Shown: positions 8,947 to 17,804, counted from the stretch's first letter. The stretch: 21,200 nucleotides of DNA from Candidatus Eiseniibacteriota bacterium (GCA_031366795.1 JANLOX010000340.1:1-21200), one strand, 5' to 3'. Numbers and translations: made by a program. Notes: generated from the sequence alone by a model not told the origin.

Positions 8947-10644
8947 TCAGCGCACCGGCAGTGCGCTCTGCATCAGCGCCGCCGTGGCGGTGTTGGCGAT
9001 CACCATGGCGACCGTCATGGGTCCCACGCCGCCGGGCACCGGCGTCAACGCTCCCGCCACGCGTGCGACGGAGGGCGCGTGCACGTCGCCGGTGATGCGC
9101 GTGGTCTTGCCATCGGGGCCCGGGGTGTCGAGCGGCACGCGATGGATCCCGACGTCGACCACCGTTGCTCCCGGCTTGACCCAGGCATCAGTGATCATCT
9201 CGGGCCGGCCGATGGCGCACACCAACAGGTCCGCCTCGCGAGCCAGTTCCGGCAGCCGCTTGCCGCTGCAGCTGTGCCCGAGCGTGACGGTCATGTTGCA
9301 GTCCTTGCCCGACAGCAAGGTCGCCAGCGGGCGGCCGACGATGTTGCTGCGGCCCAGCACCACCGCGTGACGGCCATTCATCGGGATGCCGTAGTGCTTG
9401 AGGAGTTCCACGACGCCGCCGGGAGTGGCGGGCACGAGGGCAGGCAGACCCAGCGCGAGGCGCCCGGCGTTGACGGGATGGAAACCATCGACGTCCTTCT
9501 CGGGCGGGATCGCCTCGAGCACCGCCTGCGAATCGGCAGGTGGCGCCAGCGGCAGCTGCACGAGTATGCCGTGCACGCTCGCGTCCGCGCCGAGGGCGCG
9601 CACGCGTTCGACGACCGTCCTGGTGTCGGTGCCCGCCGGAATCTTGATGCTACGCACTTCGATGCCGACGTGGGCTCCCGCCTCGGCTTTCTTGCGCAGG
9701 TAGATCTTGCTTGCCGGGTCGTCCCCCACCGAGACCAGCGCGAGCGTCGGCGTGATACCGGCCGCGCGCAATTGTGTCACCTGCTGTTTCGCGCGCTCGA
9801 GCACCGCGGCCGCCGGCGCATCGCCGGTCAGCAGCCGCGCGCCGCCCACGGGTGCGGCGTCGCCGAGCGTCATCTCGATGCGTTGGATCGAGGCGGCGCG
9901 GCCAGTCGCGGTGTCGATCGTCACCAGCGCGGCGTTGAGACGCAGGTCCTGCTCGGCCGGCGTCAGGCGGCCCGGCATGAGGGTGAGGAAGCGCGCGAGT
10001 GCCGCGTCCTTGTCCATGCCGATCACGCCACTGAAGCCGCCCGTCATGCCGGTGTCGGTGATGCACGCCGTGCCCTGGGGCAGCACGCGCGCATCGGCCG
10101 TGGCGACATGCGTGTGGGTGCCGAAGACCGCGCTGACACGCCCATCGACGTGCCAGCCGAAGGCGATCTTCTCGGCCGTGGTCTCGGCATGGAAGTCCAC
10201 CATGATCACCTTGCAGCGCTCGCGCAGCGCGGTGATCGCCACGTCGCCGGTGCGGAAGGGGCAATCGGCTTCCTTCATGAACACGCGGCCCAGCAGGTTG
10301 ATGACGCCGACCGGCGTGCCGTCATCGGCGGTGAACACGTTCCAGCCGACACCGGGTGTTCCCGGCGGCAGGTTGGCGGGGCGCACGAGCCGCGGTTCTT
10401 CGGCGAGGTACGATAGCGCCTCGCGGCGGTCCCAGATGTGGTTGCCGCCGGTGATGACGTCGACGCCGGCCTTGAACAGGTCCGCCGCGGAGTCGCGCGT
10501 GCAGCCGAATCCGCCCGCCGAGTTCTCGCAGTTGCACACCACCAGCCCGATATCGTGCCGCCGGCGCAGCTCCGGCAGCAGGCGCTTGACGACTTCGCGT
10601 CCCGGGGAGCCGACGGCGTCAGCGATGAACAGGAGCTTGAGCAT
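8947..10644 (-). CDS. folD: Fusion protein: N-terminal YmdB/TIGR00282 calcineurin-like metallophosphoesterase (aa ~1-257) plus C-terminal FolD methylenetetrahydrofolate dehydrogenase/cyclohydrolase (aa ~267-565)
   Basis: YmdB motifs FIADAVG.PG, NCENSAGG, TGGNHIWD, DFHAE, GTHTH and TDTGMTG. FolD motifs S..YLRKK, HGILVQLPL, KDVDGFHP, GRSNIVGRP, DVGI and TPVPGGVGPMTV. One uninterrupted 565-aa ORF. Confidence 0.93.
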   Translation of the reverse strand: MLKLLFIADAVGSPGREVVKRLLPELRRRHDIGLVVCNCENSAGGFGCTRDSAADLFKAGVDVITGGNHIWDRREALSYLAEEPRLVRPANLPPGTPGVGWNVFTADDGTPVGVINLLGRVFMKEADCPFRTGDVAITALRERCKVIMVDFHAETTAEKIAFGWHVDGRVSAVFGTHTHVATADARVLPQGTACITDTGMTGGFSGVIGMDKDAALARFLTLMPGRLTPAEQDLRLNAALVTIDTATGRAASIQRIEMTLGDAAPVGGARLLTGDAPAAAVLERAKQQVTQLRAAGITPTLALVSVGDDPASKIYLRKKAEAGAHVGIEVRSIKIPAGTDTRTVVERVRALGADASVHGILVQLPLAPPADSQAVLEAIPPEKDVDGFHPVNAGRLALGLPALVPATPGGVVELLKHYGIPMNGRHAVVLGRSNIVGRPLATLLSGKDCNMTVTLGHSCSGKRLPELAREADLLVCAIGRPEMITDAWVKPGATVVDVGIHRVPLDTPGPDGKTTRITGDVHAPSVARVAGALTPVPGGVGPMTVAMVIANTATAALMQSALPVR

Positions 10645-11116
10645 GGGGTGCTACTTCCTTAGGGGGTGATGGCTTGTCGATCTGCAGCATGAGATTGGCG
10701 ACGCCGTCCTTCGCCAGGGCGCGATTCAGCGCGTTCGGCGGCGGCTCGGCCCAGCAGCGCCCGTTGATGACAAACTTGAATTGGAAGGGCCGTGAGGATT
10801 CGAACTCGGTGATGGGGCGCGCGGCGACCCAGTAGTCCCCCGCGCGCGCCATCGGCATCGCCTCGGTGGACCAGCGGTTGAATTCACCTGCGACCGAAAC
10901 GCGATTGATCCGCACGTCGCCGATCGGGAACAGATCGTTGGAGGTGCCCGAGGAGACCGTCGGGTAGTCGGAGGCACGGAATGAGAACACGACGTTGGAT
11001 CCCGACAACGTGTAACCGTAGGCGTGGGGTCCTCGGGGTGCTGCAAGCATGCCGTTCGTCGCGGCGCAACCGTTCATCACGAATCCGGTGAGCAGTAGCA
11101 AGGCCCATCGTTTCAT
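10619..11116 (-). CDS. Putative lipoprotein with CBM48/AMPK-beta-like glycogen-binding (early-set) domain
   Basis: Signal peptide MKRWALLLLTGFVMNG-C with lipobox-like Cys17. Motif VSVAGEFNRW...PM......W...FQFKFVING..W. GGAGG SD upstream. Confidence 0.75.
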   Translation of the reverse strand: MKRWALLLLTGFVMNGCAATNGMLAAPRGPHAYGYTLSGSNVVFSFRASDYPTVSSGTSNDLFPIGDVRINRVSVAGEFNRWSTEAMPMARAGDYWVAARPITEFESSRPFQFKFVINGRCWAEPPPNALNRALAKDGVANLMLQIDKPSPPKEVAPHAQAPVHR

Positions 11117-11156
11117 GGCCGATCCCCTCCCGGTTGTGTGAACCGCATGCTTCCAG

Positions 11157-12716
11157 TTACTTGGCGTAATCGACCGCGCGCGTCTCGCGAATGACGGTCA
11201 CCCGGATCTGTCCCGGGTATTCCATCTCCTTCTCGATCTTGCGCGCGATCTCGCTCGCGAGCTGGTGCGAGCGGGCGTCGTCGACACGCTGGTGCTCCAC
11301 CATGATACGCACTTCGCGCCCCGCCTGGATGGCGTAGGACTTTTCGACACCGGGGAACGCGTTGGCGATTTTTTCGAGCGCCTCGAGCCGCTTGATGTAG
11401 ACCTCGAGGCTCTCGCGCCTGGCACCTGGGCGCGCGCCCGAGATCGCGTCGGCGGCCGACACGAGCACCGGCCAAAGGCTGCCGCCGGCATAGTCGTCGT
11501 GGTGGAAGGCAGCGGCCTCGACCACGGCGTCGGGCTCGCCGTAACGCTTCGTCACTTCGCCACCCAGCTGCGGGTGGCTGCCTTCGTGGTCATGATCGAT
11601 GGCCTTGCCGATGTCGTGCAAGAGACCTGCGCGCTTGGCCATCTTCTGGTCCATGCCGATCTCGGCGGCCATCATGCCGGTCAGGTGCGCGACCTCGAGC
11701 GAGTGGTTGAGGATGTTCTGGCCGTACGAGGTGCGGTAGTGCAGCCTGCCCAGCAGGACTTGCAGTTCCGCGTGCACGCCGTGGGCTCCGATCTCGACGC
11801 ACGCCATCTCGCCCAGTTCGCGGATCTTGGCGTCGACCTCGGTCTTGACCTTGGCCACCACTTCCTCGATGCGCGCCGGATGGATACGGCCGTCGGCGAC
11901 CAGCCGTTCGAGCGCGATGCGCGCGATTTCGCGCCGCACCGGGTCGAAGCCGGACAGGATGACGGCCTCGGGCGTGTCGTCGATGATCACGTCGACGCCG
12001 GTGATGACTTCGAAGGAGCGGATGTTGCGCCCCTCGCGGCCGATGATGCGGCCCTTCATGTCGTCGCTCGGCAGGTGCACGACCGAGACGGCGTTGTCGG
12101 AGACGTGATCGGCGGCGTAGCGCTGCAGCGCCAGCACGACGACCTTCCGCGCATCGCGTTCGGCATTGCGCTGGGCGCTGTCGCGGATCTCCACCGCGCG
12201 TTTGGCCCCTTCGGCCTTGGCCTCGTTCTCGATGGTCGCGATGAGTTGGCCGCGCGCTTCGTCCGCGCTCATCTGGGCGATGCGCTCGAGGCGGGTAGTC
12301 TCTTCCTTGAGCATCTTGTCGAGCTCGGTGTCGCGATTCTTGACGGAGACTTCGCGCTGCCCCAGTTCGGTGTCGAGGCGGCGCAGGTCGCGGTCCTTCT
12401 TCTCGATCAGCTCGACGCGGCGGTTGAATGCCGCTTCTTTTTCCTGGAAGGCCCGCTCGGCGGCGAGTTGCTCGTTGCGGGCGGTCTGCATTTCGCGCTC
12501 AAGCGACTGCTTGAGCCGGAGCGCTTCCTCGCGGCCCTCAAGCAGGGTGTCGCGCTTGAGCTGCTCGGCGTCATGCTGGGCCTGCGCTCTGAGGGCCAAG
12601 GCCTGCTGCTCGGCGCTGCGCAGCCGCAGGAGCCCAAGACGCGAACGGAGGAAGTAGCCCAGAAATAAACATGCGACAGCACCTGCGATGCTGCCGCCGA
12701 TCCAGATCGTGTTCAT
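11157..12716 (-). CDS. rny: Ribonuclease Y
   Basis: N-terminal TM anchor, coiled coil, KH domain [16 protein letters not shown] domain RTSYGQN..HS..LLHDIGK, and C-terminus AIQAGREVR...[12 protein letters not shown]. Confidence 0.98.
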   Translation of the reverse strand: MNTIWIGGSIAGAVACLFLGYFLRSRLGLLRLRSAEQQALALRAQAQHDAEQLKRDTLLEGREEALRLKQSLEREMQTARNEQLAAERAFQEKEAAFNRRVELIEKKDRDLRRLDTELGQREVSVKNRDTELDKMLKEETTRLERIAQMSADEARGQLIATIENEAKAEGAKRAVEIRDSAQRNAERDARKVVVLALQRYAADHVSDNAVSVVHLPSDDMKGRIIGREGRNIRSFEVITGVDVIIDDTPEAVILSGFDPVRREIARIALERLVADGRIHPARIEEVVAKVKTEVDAKIRELGEMACVEIGAHGVHAELQVLLGRLHYRTSYGQNILNHSLEVAHLTGMMAAEIGMDQKMAKRAGLLHDIGKAIDHDHEGSHPQLGGEVTKRYGEPDAVVEAAAFHHDDYAGGSLWPVLVSAADAISGARPGARRESLEVYIKRLEALEKIANAFPGVEKSYAIQAGREVRIMVEHQRVDDARSHQLASEIARKIEKEMEYPGQIRVTVIRETRAVDYAK

Positions 12717-12718
12717 GC

Positions 12719-12790
12719 GATTCTCCCCTGCACTTCGCTTGGGGATCCGGGATGCCGGGGCCCAAGCGAAGCGTCCTGCAGGGAAGAATC
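12719..12790 (-). promoter_or_regulatory. Long stem-loop in the rny 5' leader that includes the rny Shine-Dalgarno
   Basis: Minus strand GATTCTTCCCTGCA pairs with TGCAGGGGAGAATC (14 bp, one G-U). Inner CTTCGCTTGGG pairs with CCCAAGCGAAG (11 bp, perfect). The stem ends 2 nt before the ATG. Confidence 0.7.
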
Positions 12791-13016
12791 CCCGCCGTAT
12801 TGCCGTGTGTCCGTCTGTTCTTGAGACCTGGATTACCAGGTGGGCGCCCCTTCGACCGAGTCGGCCCCCCGCGCCTTGTGACGGCCGGCGCCCCCCTTAT
12901 TAGGGGAACGTCAGGCGCGTCCCGAGTGCGGTTCGGCTTCGTCTGCCACCGAGGCTCCCTAGAACGGATCTATTGGTTCAAGAACATTGAGACATCACGA
13001 ACCCGGCAGGGAACTC
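12786..13016 (-). ncRNA. ssrS: 6S RNA
   Basis: Located between zapA and rny, a known ssrS neighbourhood. Closing stem TCCCTGCCG/CGGCGGGGA, TGTTCTTGAACC/GGTCTCAAGAACA helix, central bubble, GGGAGCC/GGCGCCC helix, and 3'-bubble hairpin CCTGG-TAAT-CCAGG. Ends are approximate. Confidence 0.9.
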
Positions 13017-13041
13017 GCGACGTACCCGGCCCCCACGCGGT

Positions 13042-13344
13042 TCAGGCTCCGCGTGTTCCATCGAGCAGATCGTCGAGCACGGCATTGATACGTTCAGTGC
13101 GCACGCTCATCTGCTCTTCGGTCGACTGGCGCTGGATGCGTTCCTTGAATAGTTCGTCAGCGATGTTCAGGGACGCCAGAATGGCCACCTTGGAAGGTGA
13201 CGCCACGGGCAGCTTGTCCATGACCTCACGCATCTTCTGGTCCACGTATGCCGCAACCCCCAGGATGTAGGCTTGGTCGGCCTCACCCTTGATGGTATAC
13301 GAATGTCCGCAGATCTGTACCTGAACGACGTTTCTGGCGTCCAT
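13042..13344 (-). CDS. zapA: Cell division protein ZapA
   Basis: MDARNVVQVQICGHSYTIKG...YILGVAAYVDQKM...KVAILASLNIADELF. GGAGG SD 5 nt before ATG 13344. Confidence 0.93.
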   Translation of the reverse strand: MDARNVVQVQICGHSYTIKGEADQAYILGVAAYVDQKMREVMDKLPVASPSKVAILASLNIADELFKERIQRQSTEEQMSVRTERINAVLDDLLDGTRGA

Positions 13345-13411
13345 TAACGCCTCCGCGTCCGTCGCGATGACTTCCCCACAACCGGCGGACACCGAATGTG
13401 CCCGCGGTGGA

Positions 13412-13711
13412 TTAGCCTTCCAACTTCTCGAGTTTTCTCACGAGCGCTTCGATTCTCGAAGCGACGTCGCGCCGCTCGGTCTGCGAATCGTGCTGGTCCT
13501 TGCGGAGTAGCCCAATTTCGGATACGAGTGCCGCGGCGTCGTTCCCCTGCAGCTTCTGCTCCAGTTCCTGGAGCTTCACTGCAAGCGCGTTACGTTCCAG
13601 CTCTAGCCGGGCCCGATCGTCACGCAACTGCTGCACGATCGCTGCGGCCTTCTCGACGCGCTCGGTGAGACGGTCGAGGTCGGACTGCTTGATGGCGGTT
13701 TCTGGGGTCAT
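13412..13711 (-). CDS. ZapB-like coiled-coil protein
   Basis: 99-aa all-heptad protein (LDRLTERVEKAA..VQQLR...RIEALVRKLE) between pheT and zapA. ATGA overlap with the pheT stop. Confidence 0.75.
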   Translation of the reverse strand: MTPETAIKQSDLDRLTERVEKAAAIVQQLRDDRARLELERNALAVKLQELEQKLQGNDAAALVSEIGLLRKDQHDSQTERRDVASRIEALVRKLEKLEG

Positions 13712-16143
13712 CGCTCTCTCAGTTGGCCGCCCAGTTCCTTCCCGACGGCCGCCACGATGCGTTCTTGGATCGTCTGGACCTCGGTCTCCGTCATGGTGCG
13801 CTCGGGATGCTGGTACTGCAGAGCGAACGCCATGCTCTTCATGCCTTCCGGAGTTCCCGGGCCAGTGTAAACGTCGAATAGTTCAATCGAGTCGAGTCGT
13901 TCGCTCGCCTCGCGAGCCACCGCCTGATCGATTGCCGCGTGAGTCACGGATTGCGGCACGAAGAACGCGAGGTCACGACGCACGGGCGGGTACTTTCCCG
14001 GCAGGCGGATCTTCGACGTGCGCGCTGCGTTCTGGAGTGGGTCCAGCAACGCCACGAATACATGGACGGGCGTGCTAATGTCCCATTCTTCGAGCAGCGG
14101 GTGCGCCAGCGTTCCCGCCCATCCGATGCGCGAAGTCCCGCTTGCAACTTCTGCACTGGCACCGGGTTTCCAACCAGCGCCAGAATAGGCCCGCCACTGG
14201 GGCGAGTCAACGCGCATTTCCTCGAGCCACGCTTCCCACAAGCCTTTGGCAACCGCGAAGTCGGCGGGCCGAGTACTCGAGTCCTTCGCCCCCACCGTGG
14301 CGTCGGTGTGCGCATGACCCATGCGCGGGCCGGTGATGGCGCTGACCAGCATCAACGTCTCGCGCGGCAGCTTGCCCTCCGCGGTGAAGCCGGTGCCCAC
14401 TTCGAACAGCCGCACCGTGCTGCTGCCCTGCGCGAGATTGCGTGAGATGGCGCGCAGCAGACCGGGAATTAAATTGGGCCTCAGCACTTCACTTTCGCGG
14501 CTCATTGGGTTGCGCAGGCGCACCAATGATTCGAGGGTTTCGCCGAGCAACGGCGCGGCCGTCCGTGCTTCGCGCTCGGACACCAGCGTGCCGCACCATG
14601 CTTCGTGCACCCCGCGCGCGAGCATGGCGCGGCGCGCGGCGGTGATGACGCGTTCGCGCGGGGAGCGCACCGCATAGGCGCCGCCCGTTTCGAGCGGCGC
14701 TTCCGGGATGGCGTCGTAACCGATCGAGCGCGCCACTTCCTCGACGAGGTCATCCTCGAGCGTGACATCGACGCGCCAGCTCGGCACGGCGACGGTGAGC
14801 GGGTCGCCCGCGCCCACGGTGAACTCGAGCAACTCGAGCTGCCGCGCGGCTTCGGCGGCGGTCACGGTAAGTCCCGCGACGCGCGCGATGCGCGAGGTGC
14901 GCAGCACAAGGGCCGGCTGTTCCGGACGTGCGATGTGTGCGCGGTGACCCGCGCCCAGCGTCAAGCCAGGGCAGGATTCACGCAACAGCGCGATGAAGCG
15001 CGCCGCGGCGGCCGGGCCGATCGCGGGATCGACACAGCGCTCGTAACGCTTCGAGGCTTCGGTGGTGAGACCGAGGACGCGTGAACCGCGACGCACGCGC
15101 GCCGGTTCGAACCAGGCGCATTCAAGCATCAGGCGCGTCGTCGACTCCTTCACTTCGCTCTCGGTGCCGCCCATGACGCCCGCGGCCGCCACCACGCCTT
15201 CGCCATCGGTGATCACCAATACCTCGGGTGTCAGCGTGCGCGCCTTGCCATCGAGCGTCGTGAACACCTCTGCCGACGTGGCGCGCCGCACACGAATCGC
15301 GGGACCTTTGAGGCGGTCGAGATCGAACGCATGCAGTGGCTGGCCGAACTCGAACAACACGAGGTTCGTGGCATCGACGATGTTGTTGATGGAGCGCTGC
15401 CCCATGGCTGCGAGACGCCGCACCCAATCCGCGGGCGAGGCCTGTACGCGAATGCCTTCGATCACCTGCGCGATGTAGCCGGGGCATCCCGCGGTGTCCT
15501 CGATCTTGAGATCGAAGCCCGTCGCGGGCGTCCATTGCGCATCGAGCCGCTCGCGCGCGGCGGGCGTCCAGCGTCCGGCGAAGGCGGCCTTCACTTCGCG
15601 CGCGAGGCCGATTACCCCTAAGCCATCGGGGCGGTTGAATGGCGTCTCGATCTCGAGCACCACATCCGGCACGGGCATGAGCGTGTCGAGCGGTGTGCCC
15701 GGGGCGGGCACGGGTTGGCCGGGCCAAAACGCCTCGAGGTCGAGAATGCCCTGGTGGTCGTCGGAGATTTGCAGTTCGCGCGCCGAGCACAGCATGCCCT
15801 GGCTCTCCTCGCCGCGGATCTTTGACTGCTTGATCACCAGCCCCGCCGGCATCGTGGTGCCGACGGTGGCCAGCGGCACCAGCATGCCGGCGCGCACATT
15901 GGGAGCGCCACAGACGACGCGCAGCTCTTCGCCCCCGCCATCGACGCGGCACAACGACAGCTTGTCGGCGTTCGGGTGCTTCTGTACCTCGAGCAACCGC
16001 GCCACGACGATGCCGGGATAGCTGTGGCCATGGTGCTCAACACCTTCGACGTAGAACCCGCGGCGCGTGAGCGCTGCGGCAATCGCATCGGGCGTGGCGT
16101 CGATGTCGATCCAGTCGTTGAGCCAGGAGATTGGCAACTTCAC
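13708..16143 (-). CDS. pheT: Phenylalanine--tRNA ligase beta subunit
   Basis: MKLPISWL, HPNADKL..C, VVCGAPN, IRGEESQGMLCS, GQPLHAFD, DLVEEVAR.IGY, and FDX-ACB YPPVRRDLAF...LFDVY. AGGAG SD before the GTG. Confidence 0.98.
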   Translation of the reverse strand: MKLPISWLNDWIDIDATPDAIAAALTRRGFYVEGVEHHGHSYPGIVVARLLEVQKHPNADKLSLCRVDGGGEELRVVCGAPNVRAGMLVPLATVGTTMPAGLVIKQSKIRGEESQGMLCSARELQISDDHQGILDLEAFWPGQPVPAPGTPLDTLMPVPDVVLEIETPFNRPDGLGVIGLAREVKAAFAGRWTPAARERLDAQWTPATGFDLKIEDTAGCPGYIAQVIEGIRVQASPADWVRRLAAMGQRSINNIVDATNLVLFEFGQPLHAFDLDRLKGPAIRVRRATSAEVFTTLDGKARTLTPEVLVITDGEGVVAAAGVMGGTESEVKESTTRLMLECAWFEPARVRRGSRVLGLTTEASKRYERCVDPAIGPAAAARFIALLRESCPGLTLGAGHRAHIARPEQPALVLRTSRIARVAGLTVTAAEAARQLELLEFTVGAGDPLTVAVPSWRVDVTLEDDLVEEVARSIGYDAIPEAPLETGGAYAVRSPRERVITAARRAMLARGVHEAWCGTLVSEREARTAAPLLGETLESLVRLRNPMSRESEVLRPNLIPGLLRAISRNLAQGSSTVRLFEVGTGFTAEGKLPRETLMLVSAITGPRMGHAHTDATVGAKDSSTRPADFAVAKGLWEAWLEEMRVDSPQWRAYSGAGWKPGASAEVASGTSRIGWAGTLAHPLLEEWDISTPVHVFVALLDPLQNAARTSKIRLPGKYPPVRRDLAFFVPQSVTHAAIDQAVAREASERLDSIELFDVYTGPGTPEGMKSMAFALQYQHPERTMTETEVQTIQERIVAAVGKELGGQLRER

Positions 16144-16202
16144 GAGTCTGCTCCTATAAGGAAGCGCTCAGCGCGCGAATCGCGATGAGTGCCGCCGGAT
16201 GA

Positions 16203-17345
16203 TCAGAACTGGCCGAGGAACCGCGTGTCGTTCTCGAGAAACAGGCGGATCTCGGGGATGCCGTAGCGCACCATCGCGATGCGTTCGAGACCCATGCCGA
16301 AGGCGAAGCCGGTGACGGCTTCCGGGTCATAGCCGACCGAGCGCAGCACGTTCGGGTGCACCATGCCGGCGCCGAGCAGCTCGATCCAGCCGCCGCCACC
16401 GCACACACTGCAGCGCTTGCGGCCGTCCGCCGTGGCCACGGTGCCCTCGCCATTGCAGACCACGCATGAGGCGTCGAGCTGGCAGCCCGGTTCGACGAAC
16501 GGAAAATAGATCGGGATCAGCCGCGTGCGCGTCTGGGGGCCGAAGATCGATCGCGCGAAGGTGTTCAGCGTGGCCTTCAAGTCGGCCATGCTGACGTTCT
16601 TGTCGATGAACAACCCGTCGATCTGGTGGAACTGGTCCATGTGGCTCGCGTCCACCTGCTCGGCACGGAACACGCGGCCGGGGAACACGAGGCGCAACGG
16701 CGGCTTCGATTCTTCCATTGCGCGCACCCAGCCAGGCGAGGTATGCGTACGCATGACGACATCGTCGCCGACGAAGTAGGTGTCGTGCGCATCGCGGGCA
16801 GGATGGTCGGGGCCGAAGTTGAGCTTGGTGAAGTTGTACTCGTCGAGCTCGACTTCACGGCTGGTGTAGGTCGAGTAGCCCAGTCCATGGAACAGGTCGA
16901 GCAACTCGTCGCGTACCTGGGCTAGCACGTGTGCCTTGCCCACCCACGGCCTCTGCCCGGGTAGCGTCACGTCGATGGCGTCCGCGGCTTCCGCGGTGGC
17001 TTCGAGTGCGCGGCGGCGGCGCGCTTCGGCCTCACCGAGCCAGCGCTTGATGAGATTGAGCCCGCGTCCCCTGCGCTTGCGGTCGTCGACGGACAGGCTG
17101 GGCATTTCGGCCAATGCATGCGTGACCACGCCGCGTTCGCGTCCGAGCATCGCCAGGTGGCGCTCGCGCAGCGCGGGCAGATCGGCGGCTGCGGCGAACG
17201 CGCCGGCCGCGGACGCATAAAATTCGCCGAGCGCCGCCTCAATCGCGGTCAGCTCGGCGACATGCGCACCCAGTTCGGGATCGACCGCGGAACCGGCGGC
17301 CGAAGTCCAGGTGGGATCGATGGATTGCAGCAGGTCGAGCGGCAT
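16203..17345 (-). CDS. pheS: Phenylalanine--tRNA ligase alpha subunit
   Basis: NFTKLN...HPARD, RTHTSP, PGRVFR, FHQ, YFPFVEP, WIELLGAGMVHPNVL and GFAFGMGLER. Start taken at ATG 17345, 4 nt after the rplT stop. Confidence 0.97.
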   Translation of the reverse strand: MPLDLLQSIDPTWTSAAGSAVDPELGAHVAELTAIEAALGEFYASAAGAFAAAADLPALRERHLAMLGRERGVVTHALAEMPSLSVDDRKRRGRGLNLIKRWLGEAEARRRRALEATAEAADAIDVTLPGQRPWVGKAHVLAQVRDELLDLFHGLGYSTYTSREVELDEYNFTKLNFGPDHPARDAHDTYFVGDDVVMRTHTSPGWVRAMEESKPPLRLVFPGRVFRAEQVDASHMDQFHQIDGLFIDKNVSMADLKATLNTFARSIFGPQTRTRLIPIYFPFVEPGCQLDASCVVCNGEGTVATADGRKRCSVCGGGGWIELLGAGMVHPNVLRSVGYDPEAVTGFAFGMGLERIAMVRYGIPEIRLFLENDTRFLGQF

Positions 17346-17349
17346 CGCT

Positions 17350-17706
17350 TTAAGCCGCCGCCGACTTCGCAACCTCCGCCAGCTGGGCAAACGCGGGCGC
17401 ATCACGCACCGCGAGATCGGCCAACAGCTTCCGGTTGACCTCGACCTTGGCGCGCTTCAAGCCGGCGATCAGCGTGCTGTACGACATGCCATTGATGCGC
17501 GCCGCGGCGTTGATGCGCGTGATCCACAGGCGGCGGAAGTCGCGCTTCTTGAGCCGGCGGTGTTCGAACGCGAATTGTCCTGCGCGCTGCACAGTCTGCA
17601 GTGCGGTCTTGTAAAGCTTGCGGCGGCCGGAGTAGTTGCCCTTGGCGGCTTTGAGGATCTTGCGCCGGCGGGCGCGTGCGGGGACTACGGTTTTAGAGCG
17701 AGGCAT
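17350..17706 (-). CDS. rplT: 50S ribosomal protein L20
   Basis: MPRSKT...[13 protein letters not shown]...[18 protein letters not shown]...[17 protein letters not shown] before ATG 17706. Confidence 0.98.
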   Translation of the reverse strand: MPRSKTVVPARARRRKILKAAKGNYSGRRKLYKTALQTVQRAGQFAFEHRRLKKRDFRRLWITRINAAARINGMSYSTLIAGLKRAKVEVNRKLLADLAVRDAPAFAQLAEVAKSAAA

Positions 17707-17804
17707 TTGCGGATTCTCCTGGAACCATGGCAAGCCACCCCGTTCGGGGCGCCGCCAGAGCGATTTCGGTCAATCGGGTGTTCGACGGGGTCTTTAAGGA
17801 AGGC

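Noticed and set aside
1634..12668. Long plus-strand ORFs (e.g. 1634..2884, 5947..7440, 8938..10416, 11265..12668)
   Set aside because: They are antisense shadows of well-supported minus-strand genes, have no recognisable motifs, and are expected in high-GC DNA with few stops.
13384..13408. Hairpin GCGGGCAC/GTGTCCGC between zapB-like and zapA
   Set aside because: It has no U-tract and is short and GC-rich, so it cannot be supported as a terminator or regulator.
16395..16470. CxxC...CxxC insert in PheS
   Set aside because: A zinc-ribbon-like segment here is common in bacterial PheS.
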